Source: Candidatus Odinarchaeota archaeon
GTDB taxonomy: Archaea > Asgardarchaeota > Baldrarchaeia > Baldrarchaeales > DXJG01
Assembly: GCA_021158895.1 (NCBI GenBank)
Contig: JAGGSW010000063.1
Location: forward strand, 1-15,581
Direction: 5' to 3'
Length of the DNA stretch: 15,581 bases
In this document: piece by piece, positions 1 through 7,427 of the stretch
How positions within the stretch are numbered: position 1 is the first letter of the stretch
Layout of the letters: every line of letters begins with the position of its first letter
The notes under the pieces: generated by a model
Told to the model about the DNA's origin: nothing
Seen by the model: only the letters and a program-made list of their open reading frames with translations
The model's database searches: none
Position numbers and translations under genes: made by a program

Positions 1-34
1 GCAGAAGTAGAATTAATAGATTGAGTAGAAAAAA

Positions 35-70
35 TATATAAAGTATACCTCGTATAATTAAAAAGGTGAT
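35..70 (+). promoter_or_regulatory. Putative archaeal promoter and RBS for the vapBC-like operon
   Basis: TATA-like tatataaag at about 35-43 and Shine-Dalgarno aaggtgat at 63-70, 5 nt before ATG at 76. Confidence 0.5.
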
Positions 71-75
71 ACGGA

Positions 76-336
76 ATGTCAACTATTAAGGTTAAGAAGG
101 GGACTTTATTGAAGTTAACAAAACTGGTTGGCTATTTAACTGAGAAGACCGGTAGAAGAATGACTTATGATGATGTGTTACAATATTTAATCAGTAGATT
201 TGAAGGTGAAGAACAGATAAAAGATCAGGGAATTGATGAAGCTACTCAAAGATTGTTGTCACGTATTGAAAAGTCGTTTCCAGGCGCTGGGCCAGAGGAC
301 CTTAAGGAATACGAATATGAAGATATCGGTGATTGA
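76..336 (+). CDS. VapB-like antitoxin (small protein directly upstream of a PIN gene)
   Basis: 86-aa ORF with strong SD. The N-terminus (MSTIKVKKGTLLKLTKLVGYLTEKTGRRMTYDDVLQYLI) resembles archaeal PIN-partner antitoxins. It overlaps the PIN ORF start. Confidence 0.65.
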   Translation: MSTIKVKKGTLLKLTKLVGYLTEKTGRRMTYDDVLQYLISRFEGEEQIKDQGIDEATQRLLSRIEKSFPGAGPEDLKEYEYEDIGD

Positions 337-817
337 TGTGAACGTTTTTGTTGACACGGAGATATGGAGTTTTGCTCAGAAAACACCTGTAAGAGAAAAA
401 TTTGAAGACGAATTAGAGTATAAGAAGTTCTCAAAAGCACATGTCAAAGCAAAAAAGTTTTTAAAAAGAATTTTAATCGAAGAGATAATTTACATGTCGC
501 TTCACCAAGTAGCGGAAATTTTTCATGTCTTGGGTTTTAGAGGCTATAAACTACCCATGGATTTTGTTGTGGGATACGTAAATGATTTGCTGCTTTCTGA
601 ACGTATTGTAAAAATACCAGTTACAGTTAGCCATGTTAAAGAAGCTTTAAAGCTTAGTAAAGAGAGCGGGATACACGTGTGGGATTTTCTTTGCATAATA
701 CCGATAAAGGAGTATATAGACATAATATACACTGTTGATAAACATTTCTTGCATGAAACCTTCCAAAAGCTGGGGATAAAAATAGAAAATCCACTGAAGA
801 TATGGATTAAAGTTTAA
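317..817 (+). CDS. PIN-domain ribonuclease, VapC-like toxin
   Basis: Start refined from 233 to ATG 317 (MKISVIDVNVFVDTEIW). PIN-type acidic residues: DVNVFVD near the N-terminus, HQVAEI, HVWDFL and TVDKHF. Confidence 0.75.
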   Translation: MKISVIDVNVFVDTEIWSFAQKTPVREKFEDELEYKKFSKAHVKAKKFLKRILIEEIIYMSLHQVAEIFHVLGFRGYKLPMDFVVGYVNDLLLSERIVKIPVTVSHVKEALKLSKESGIHVWDFLCIIPIKEYIDIIYTVDKHFLHETFQKLGIKIENPLKIWIKV

Positions 818-1077
818 AAGATCATGGAAACGCAAAATCACATTTTATACATTTCTGAAACCGCTTTGTTTCCACTGTTTTCTAAGCTGATCTGAATGGT
901 GTTTATTAGGTAGGTGGTCTGTTAAATCTATGTATTCAAGAATTAAAATTGCCTTTAGTTTTTAGAGAACAACTAGAGGATACCTAGTGTTAGGTTACGG
1001 AAATTTGTTGATACTTTCATATATGTATGCAGAGGATATTAATATTTGAAGTAAGTTATTATGTTGAGGGATAAGTT

Positions 1078-2469
1078 TTGGAGTTCCACGAGGTATTAGA
1101 ATATTATTCTAAGCCCCTTGTTCGGAAAGAAATGGTTGAGTACTCAAGAGGTAGATGGATTGCTATACATACGTTAAGGGGAGGATTAACCGGGTTATTT
1201 GTTCGATATTGGAGTAAAACAGGGCCACCACTACACATTTCTAAGGAAGAAGATTTAGAAGAGTTGATGCGAAGATTTCGAGGTTTAAGACCCAGAACCT
1301 TCTACGCGTCTATAAACGTTTATTCTAGGGTTTTAAGAAGGGAAGACGTAGAAAACCCTGAAAACATTTTATACACTACTCCTGTATGGGATATTGACGG
1401 TTCACTAGATTACTGGAGTAAAGTTGTTGACGTAGCAAGAGTAATAGTTGAGGAACTTGAAAAGGAGGGAGTAACAAAATCGATTTATCTTAAATGGTCT
1501 GGAAGAGGAATACATGTTCATTTACATGAGAAAGCGTTCTCAAGCGATGTTTTGTCGAAACATCATCCTCTCGACATAGCCTACTCGATTGTCGACTATA
1601 TTCTCAAAAAATGTACAAATAAAATTATTGAAATCATAAAGGACGTTACAGGCGGAGAGAGACCGCTGAAAGTTGAAAATGAGATCGATCTTAAAAGAGT
1701 GTTTACAGTTCCACTTTCGCTTCATAAATCCTTGGACTATGCCGTTGTGTGCTTTAAACCTAATGAGATAGATGATTTTGATCCTGAATGGGCTAAGCCA
1801 AACGTATTGAAACATAATTCCGATTGGAGAAATTATAGTGAAGGAGAAGCGGATCAACTTGCTTTAAAAGCTGTAAAGGAGATCGGCGGCTACTTCAAAA
1901 GGGTTGGTGAGGTTAGAACCGTTGTGCAAACTGTTAAACCTACAATTACCAGGAAGGCTGGTAGAAAGCCTGTTATGAAGGTGGGTAGATTTCAAGTTAT
2001 GGCTCTTCTTCAAGCAGCGAGATACTATCTTCTGACAGGAGATCTTGAAAAAGCAAAGTCTTTTGGTCTCAATAGAGCTATATTTTATGCTTGGGCTAAA
2101 TATCACGGTAGAGATAGAATATTTAGAAGAAAAATAACAGGTGTAGAGAAACCGGTTGAACATGTTGTTGAAAAGGGTAGGAAACTCATTTATGTTGGTG
2201 ATGAAGGATCTTTTATATCTGAGCGTGGATGGTTTATAATTGGAGACAAAGAACAACTGCCCAGCGACTACGATAAGGAAGTAGCTAGAAAAATAGACTC
2301 CGTGGTGCCTTATGACTTAGCTTGGAAAAAGGCGATAGAGTACTTGAAAAAATACCCTAAAAGTGTGCTGTTAAGTCAACGGAAATTTTACGAAGCATAC
2401 AAAAAAGTTAGAGATATTTTCATAGACAAGATTGTTAAAGGAGAAGGTCTTGACTCAACTCTTTCATAA
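1078..2469 (+). CDS. Archaeo-eukaryotic primase (AEP) superfamily protein, PriS-like
   Basis: 463 aa, TTG start. AEP motifs: PRTFYASINVYSR, motif I VWDIDG (DxD), motif II KWSGRGIHVHL (SxH), and motif III region NEIDLKRVFTVPLSLHKSLDY. It has its own long C-terminal helical region. Confidence 0.75.
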   Translation: MEFHEVLEYYSKPLVRKEMVEYSRGRWIAIHTLRGGLTGLFVRYWSKTGPPLHISKEEDLEELMRRFRGLRPRTFYASINVYSRVLRREDVENPENILYTTPVWDIDGSLDYWSKVVDVARVIVEELEKEGVTKSIYLKWSGRGIHVHLHEKAFSSDVLSKHHPLDIAYSIVDYILKKCTNKIIEIIKDVTGGERPLKVENEIDLKRVFTVPLSLHKSLDYAVVCFKPNEIDDFDPEWAKPNVLKHNSDWRNYSEGEADQLALKAVKEIGGYFKRVGEVRTVVQTVKPTITRKAGRKPVMKVGRFQVMALLQAARYYLLTGDLEKAKSFGLNRAIFYAWAKYHGRDRIFRRKITGVEKPVEHVVEKGRKLIYVGDEGSFISERGWFIIGDKEQLPSDYDKEVARKIDSVVPYDLAWKKAIEYLKKYPKSVLLSQRKFYEAYKKVRDIFIDKIVKGEGLDSTLS

Positions 2470-2471
2470 CA

Positions 2472-3743
2472 TTATTTTTCTGTTTTGGGCATTGGCGGCA
2501 ATAAAGGTACTTTTGTAGGTATTATTTTTTTAGTTTCCTTTAGCGTTAGAAACATCAAGGCAGTTATTGTTCTTAAAATTACGCTTATTGATAGTACCGT
2601 GTTTAAAGCTTGTATTTCGCTTTGAAATGTTTGGAAAAACGTGCCGAGATATCCACTAAATATCGAGCCTGCGAAGGTAGCTAAACCATACAATGTATTA
2701 TAGGTTGCAAAATAGGTTCCACGTTCATGATCTTGTGAAATATCTAATATGTAAGCTGAGATAGCAACTATAGACAATCCATTGGATATACCGCCTATTA
2801 TGTTTGCAAGATAAACGTAATACATATTTTGAGACAAAATGAATAGAAAGGGATACAGTGGAAGCATTATACGCGATAATACTATTATTGGCTTTCTTCC
2901 AAATTTATCTACGAACTTCCCAAGGTAAAATTGGCTTAAAGAAGCTGTAGCTCCAAAAATTATTGAGGCGACAGCTATCTCAAATTTCGTGGCTTCCAGT
3001 TTCCTCACCATAACAACCGAGAAATAAGGCCACGACATGCTCATAGCCGTTTCAAAAAAGACCTCTAAAGAGCAAAATCTCCGAAAATACTTATTTCTAA
3101 GAGTTTCCCTTAAGGCTACTTTTAAGCCTCGATAAACCGATGTATTTCCATTCTCAACGGGTTCCTTAAACTTTAAAATAAGTAGTGACCCCAATATGCC
3201 GAAAACAGCAGCTGCCGTAAAAACAAATGTATATTGGGATTCCAAAGTTTGTCCCAAAACCCATGTCATGATTATTCCAGCTATAGCTGTTGCAAAAACT
3301 CTTCCAGCAAAAGCTATCGCATTTACTTTGCCTAAAACTTTTCCTCTAACTTTTTCAGGTATTATTTTACCTAGTAGAGCATTCCACGTAGGTGTCGAGG
3401 CGGAAAGTACGATAAAGTGAGCAGCTAGAAATAGTGCAAACAACATAGGATCTTTCGCTAGAAGAAACAGAAATATTAAAGCACTTCCTGCAAAATATCC
3501 TAAAAATATGAAGGGTTTTCGTTTACCCTTTTTATCTGAAAGTGCTCCCCATATTGGCTGTAATATTGTTGGAGCAGCATTACTGACAGAAGTTATTATA
3601 CCCATTTCACTGTAGGTTGCACCTATTTCAACTGCATATATATTAAGATAAGGCTGATATAAGCCTCCACTAAAAGCTGTTAAACCTGCAGTAGCATATA
3701 TTATTGGTGGAACATCACTGTTTTTGCTGTTCCCTGTGTTCAT
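2472..3743 (-). CDS. Major facilitator superfamily transporter
   Basis: Multi-TM ORF with an MFS loop 2-3 motif (GALSDKKGKRKPFIF). Start refined to ATG 3743 (MNTGNSKNSD) because GGAGG lies about 9 nt upstream; the track ORF extends to 3779. Confidence 0.85.
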   Translation of the reverse strand: MNTGNSKNSDVPPIIYATAGLTAFSGGLYQPYLNIYAVEIGATYSEMGIITSVSNAAPTILQPIWGALSDKKGKRKPFIFLGYFAGSALIFLFLLAKDPMLFALFLAAHFIVLSASTPTWNALLGKIIPEKVRGKVLGKVNAIAFAGRVFATAIAGIIMTWVLGQTLESQYTFVFTAAAVFGILGSLLILKFKEPVENGNTSVYRGLKVALRETLRNKYFRRFCSLEVFFETAMSMSWPYFSVVMVRKLEATKFEIAVASIIFGATASLSQFYLGKFVDKFGRKPIIVLSRIMLPLYPFLFILSQNMYYVYLANIIGGISNGLSIVAISAYILDISQDHERGTYFATYNTLYGLATFAGSIFSGYLGTFFQTFQSEIQALNTVLSISVILRTITALMFLTLKETKKIIPTKVPLLPPMPKTEK

Positions 3744-4041
3744 TGTTCTTAATCCTCCGCAACACAAGCAACAAACCATTAAGATTTAAACTTATCGGCA
3801 ACAGCTGGGATAATTCATCAACTAACGCTTTTTAAATGGAAACTTGCTAGGTAAAATTTACATGTTAAGAGTTTACAAACTTACTGATACGTCTTGCATT
3901 TTAATATATGTTAACCAAATGAAAATAAACAATGTTAAATAATGTGTAAAAAGAATTTTGTATGTAAAAATTATTGAGTTCATAGCTTAGTTACCCTTGT
4001 AAATCTTAAATGTAAAATAGAAAAATGGAGAGTGATTTTAG

Positions 4042-5037
4042 GTGAGTTTATTAACATTTCAAGCCCCAGTCGAAGAGGAGGAAATAAAGGAGAGATATGA
4101 CTTAGTCATAGTTGGTGCTGGCCCTGCAGGATGTTCTGCAGCCATTTATGCTAGAAGATTCCAATTGGAAACCTTGATCGTCGCAAAGGAGCTGGGGGGA
4201 CTTATTGTTGACGCTGAAATTGTAGACAATTATCCAGGCTTACCAGAAATACCTGGAAGCGAATTAGGAAACAAGTTTCTAGAACACGCTAAAAAATACA
4301 TGACAAATATTATTATGGAAGAAGTTGAAAGCATAGAAAAGAAAGAGTCAGGATTTCTTGTTAGAACTATGGATGAAAAAACAATCGAAGCTAAAGCAAT
4401 CATATTAGCTACTGGTGAAAAACATAGGAAGCTAAATGTTCCAGGTGAAGAGGAATTTTTGGGAAGAGGAGTTAGCTACTGTGGTCTGTGCGATGCGCCC
4501 TTGTTCAAAGACCGTGTGGTTGCTGTTGTTGGCGGAGGTAATGTAGCCTTTTCAGACGCTCAACTCTTGGCTAAACATGCAAAAAAGGTTATTTTAATTC
4601 ATAGGAGAAACTGGTTTAGAGCAGACCCAATAGAAGTTAAAAGAGTGAAGGAAAACAGCAAAATAGAAATTTTAACACCGTACATAGTTAGAGAAATTAA
4701 AGGAGACATGAAAGTCGAGAAGCTACTTTTAGAAAAAACAAAAGAGGTGGGTGGAGAAGTTATTCCTACCGGAGAACTGAAAGAGATCGAAGTTGACGGT
4801 ATCTTTGTGGATATAGGTTTAGTTCCAAACTCTGAATTAGCTAAAAAATCTGGCGTTGCAGTTGATGAAAGAGGCTACATTATTGTGGACGATTTCATGA
4901 GAACAAGTGTTGAAGGAATATTTGCAGCAGGAGACGTAACGGATAAAGGGTCAAAGTTCAGGCAAGTTGTCTTAGCTGCTGCACAAGGAGCTATAGCAGC
5001 CATATCAGTATACAACTACTTAAAATCCAAAGAATAA
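4042..5037 (+). CDS. trxB: Thioredoxin-disulfide reductase-like flavoprotein
   Basis: N-terminal FAD motif DLVIVGAGPAGCSAAIYARR, redox-active GVSYCGLCDAP (CxxC), NAD(P) motif VVAVVGGGNVAFSDAQLL, C-terminal GIFAAGDVTD. GTG start with upstream GGAG. Confidence 0.9.
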   Translation: MSLLTFQAPVEEEEIKERYDLVIVGAGPAGCSAAIYARRFQLETLIVAKELGGLIVDAEIVDNYPGLPEIPGSELGNKFLEHAKKYMTNIIMEEVESIEKKESGFLVRTMDEKTIEAKAIILATGEKHRKLNVPGEEEFLGRGVSYCGLCDAPLFKDRVVAVVGGGNVAFSDAQLLAKHAKKVILIHRRNWFRADPIEVKRVKENSKIEILTPYIVREIKGDMKVEKLLLEKTKEVGGEVIPTGELKEIEVDGIFVDIGLVPNSELAKKSGVAVDERGYIIVDDFMRTSVEGIFAAGDVTDKGSKFRQVVLAAAQGAIAAISVYNYLKSKE

Positions 5038-5099
5038 CAAAATTTTATACTAAGACTGCTAAGATTTCAATAAAAAGACTAAAAGTAACTATAACCTTC

Positions 5100-5447
5100 T
5101 TATTTTTCTGTGCTCTCCTTTAACAGAACGTTTATTGGAATAATTTCCTTATACTTAGTTAAGTATTGGTTTTTCTTTCTTTTATTAACTAAGTGGAATT
5201 CAAATGGATGATACTCGGGTAATTTTGCCTTGTTTTCTATTTCTAAAATTATTTTCGTCTTAGCAATATTTTTCTCCGGTATTTTTTCGGAGAAAATTAA
5301 AAGATCTATGTCACTAGAAGCCGTTATCCTTCTCTTTACTGCGCTTCCAAACACATATATTTCAGCATCCGGCAATACGTCGCTAATTGCTTTTGCAACT
5401 TTTTTTACCGCGTTTTTCCAGTTTCGAACAATATCAGCCCGTTTCAT
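5100..5447 (-). CDS. Minimal nucleotidyltransferase (MNT) domain protein, partner of HEPN
   Basis: VFGSAVKRRITASSDIDLLIF matches the GSxxx...SDxDl motif. Start refined to ATG 5447 (MKRADIVRNW), giving a 14-nt overlap with the upstream HEPN stop. The track ORF extends to 5495. Confidence 0.8.
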   Translation of the reverse strand: MKRADIVRNWKNAVKKVAKAISDVLPDAEIYVFGSAVKRRITASSDIDLLIFSEKIPEKNIAKTKIILEIENKAKLPEYHPFEFHLVNKRKKNQYLTKYKEIIPINVLLKESTEK

Positions 5448-5844
5448 TAATATTTTCAAATAGCTTTTGGACAACGTTAAACACCTTCTCTGCAACCTTT
5501 ATAGCTTCCTCAGCATCGTCCTTGTCAAACCGGTCAAACAAGTATCTGGAAGCAATATATGCATGTTCCAATAATCTTAACGTCAATCTATTTTTCTTAG
5601 AGAATTCTAGTAACTCTTTGTCTTTGGTGGAATCAAATAATATCGATATCAAGGTTCTTATCGAATGTGATCGAGGTATCTCTCCCGTGTGATGCAATAA
5701 AGCCGCCTTAAGGTAAAGTTGGACTGCTTGTTCGGCCAAAAAACATGCTAGATCGTAATCCCCTTTTAGAAGCCGATCTTTAGCAGCATCTAAAAAATTT
5801 TTTGCCCTTTGAACTAGAAGTTCAACCTCGTCCATACTACTCAA
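5434..5844 (-). CDS. HEPN domain protein (MNT-HEPN module)
   Basis: LLKGDYDLACFLAEQAVQLYLKAALLHHTGEIPRSHSIRTL ... LEHAYIASRYLFDRF is typical archaeal HEPN. TTG 5844 has GGTGG 6 nt upstream; ATG 5835 is an alternative. Confidence 0.8.
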   Translation of the reverse strand: MSSMDEVELLVQRAKNFLDAAKDRLLKGDYDLACFLAEQAVQLYLKAALLHHTGEIPRSHSIRTLISILFDSTKDKELLEFSKKNRLTLRLLEHAYIASRYLFDRFDKDDAEEAIKVAEKVFNVVQKLFENINETG

Positions 5845-6039
5845 GAACTACCACCATAATCATTTTCCATTAAAAACCTAAGTAATAAATATTCGCCATA
5901 CTATTTAAGCTAAATGTAAATTTATCAAATATTGTCTAACTCTATTATCAAGGGTTCTTGAGCAAGATAAATGAATTCATGATTTTTAAACCAAATACTT
6001 AAAATGGCGTCATTTTATATCATTCATCTGGTGAGTTTT

Positions 6040-6318
6040 ATGGCCTTGGTATTAGATGACTCTGATAATGTTGCCGTTGCTTTAAGAGATTTAAAGCCAG
6101 GAGATGTTGTTAACGTGTTCTTGAGAGATGTGATTAAGGTTGTTAAAATTAGAGATAAAATTCCGAAAGGACATAAATTCGCGATTAAAAACATCAAAAA
6201 GGGCGAAAAGATATTAAAATATGGGGAAATTATTGGTATTGCTTCAAAAGACATTTTAGAGGGAGAACATGTACATGTTCATAACGTCATAAGCTATTAT
6301 AAAGTTTCTACAGGATAG
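6040..6318 (+). CDS. SAF-domain protein, UxaA-family dehydratase N-terminal (small) subunit
   Basis: MALVLDDSDNVAVALRDLKPGD ... KGHKFAIKNIKKGEKILKYGEIIGIASKDILEGEHVHVHNV. SD GGTGA sits 5 nt before ATG 6040. The 6004 start in the track is probably too far upstream. Confidence 0.8.
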   Translation: MALVLDDSDNVAVALRDLKPGDVVNVFLRDVIKVVKIRDKIPKGHKFAIKNIKKGEKILKYGEIIGIASKDILEGEHVHVHNVISYYKVSTG

Positions 6319-6500
6319 AAAAATAAAACTTTCTGAAATAGGAATTTATTCATGTTTCATGCATTTTATAAACTGCTACAAAACTTGCATTAAATTTTGA
6401 ACACGAAAACAGCCAAAAACAAAAACCGATAGTTATTAGACACAGTTAAGATTCAGAATTAAACTTATGTTGATGCGCTGCTACTATTTCTTTGCAACAA

Positions 6501-6527
6501 TGATATCTTTATATACTTGATATCTTT
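6501..6527 (+). promoter_or_regulatory. Tandem 10-bp repeat TGATATCTTT (6501-6510 and 6518-6527) flanking/overlapping a TATA-like element; candidate operator
   Basis: tgatatctttatatacttgatatcttt: exact direct repeat with 17-bp period. TATA-like tttatata lies at 6508-6515, about 38 bp before ATG 6553. SD ggtgat lies at about 6542-6547. Confidence 0.5.
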
Positions 6528-6552
6528 GTTGATTTGTTAGCGGTGATCAAAA

Positions 6553-6957
6553 ATGGGTGTGTACATTCGCGGCGTTGACGAAAAAGTATATAGAGAATTT
6601 AAAGCAGAATCCATTAGACGAGGATTGAAAATAGGGGAGGCAGTAACTGAAGCATTAAAAATATGGCTTAATAAGCATAGAAAAGAGGAAAATAACATAG
6701 ATATAGCTCGAAAGATCAACAATGCTACATATAGGATGATTAAAGGAAAACTACTAAGAGATCATCTTGGAAAATGGATAGCTATTGCAGATGGACGACT
6801 AATGGCAGTATCAGACAGCTTAGAACAACTTTGCAAGGAAAACAAGGAAATCTTCGAAAAGTACGATCATGTCTTAGTGGATCAAGTTACGCCTGAGGAA
6901 AGGAGGATAGTAAGGTGGAGAGGAAGATCTTTGAAGATCTACAGAGAAAAACATTGA
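6553..6957 (+). CDS. Ribbon-helix-helix-like N-terminus with DUF5678-like C-terminus; putative antitoxin/regulator
   Basis: MGVYIRGVDEKVYREFKAESIRRGLKIGEAVTEALKIWL is RHH-like. GKWIAIADGRLMAVSDSLEQLCKE resembles DUF5678. It overlaps the next ORF. Confidence 0.6.
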   Translation: MGVYIRGVDEKVYREFKAESIRRGLKIGEAVTEALKIWLNKHRKEENNIDIARKINNATYRMIKGKLLRDHLGKWIAIADGRLMAVSDSLEQLCKENKEIFEKYDHVLVDQVTPEERRIVRWRGRSLKIYREKH

Positions 6958-7352
6958 AATGTTTTGAATATTTCAACAAAGCACCCATTATTGAATGCTT
7001 TTTAATAAATCCTCTAGGAGAAAAACAACCTGTAGATGAACCTCTCATAGTTGAGATAGATACGGGATATGACGGGCATGTACTTATTTCTGAGCATTTA
7101 TATCATAAGTTAAAACTTTTTAAGTTTGAACTACCTGAAGAAAAACAACCAATAATAGAAACAGCAAGTCATGAATACATAAGAGCAAGAGCGGCCTATG
7201 GTTTCCTTGAAATACCTAATTTAAATCTTAAAATTAGAACTCAAATCGAAACATTCGAAGATTGCCAAGAAATATTAATGGGGAGAGAAATTCTCAGCAA
7301 TTTAATAATTCTTCTTCATGGAACCCTAAAAAGACTATGTATCTTTAAGTAA
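6915..7352 (+). CDS. Clan AA (retropepsin-like) aspartic protease
   Basis: LIVEIDTGYDGHVLISEHLYHKL has the D-T-G catalytic motif in a hydrophobic context. A later segment, EILMGREILSNLIILLHG, resembles the fold's second conserved region. GTG 6915 is preceded by aggagg (6901-6906) with 8-nt spacing. Confidence 0.65.
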   Translation: MERKIFEDLQRKTLKCFEYFNKAPIIECFLINPLGEKQPVDEPLIVEIDTGYDGHVLISEHLYHKLKLFKFELPEEKQPIIETASHEYIRARAAYGFLEIPNLNLKIRTQIETFEDCQEILMGREILSNLIILLHGTLKRLCIFK

Positions 7353-7427
7353 GCACAAGCTCTGCAACATTATTTCAAGTGTAGCAGTACCATTAATCTT
7401 ACATAAAAAATATAAAGAGGGCATAAG

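Noticed and set aside
246-841. Minus-strand ORFs 246-440 and 647-841 and plus-strand-type shadow ORFs within the vapBC region
   Set aside because: They lie antisense to well-supported coding sequence and have low-complexity composition with no recognisable domain.
1540-2256. Antisense ORFs of 105 and 130 aa inside the primase gene
   Set aside because: These are shadow ORFs on the opposite strand of a motif-bearing CDS, with no domain signal and no RBS support.
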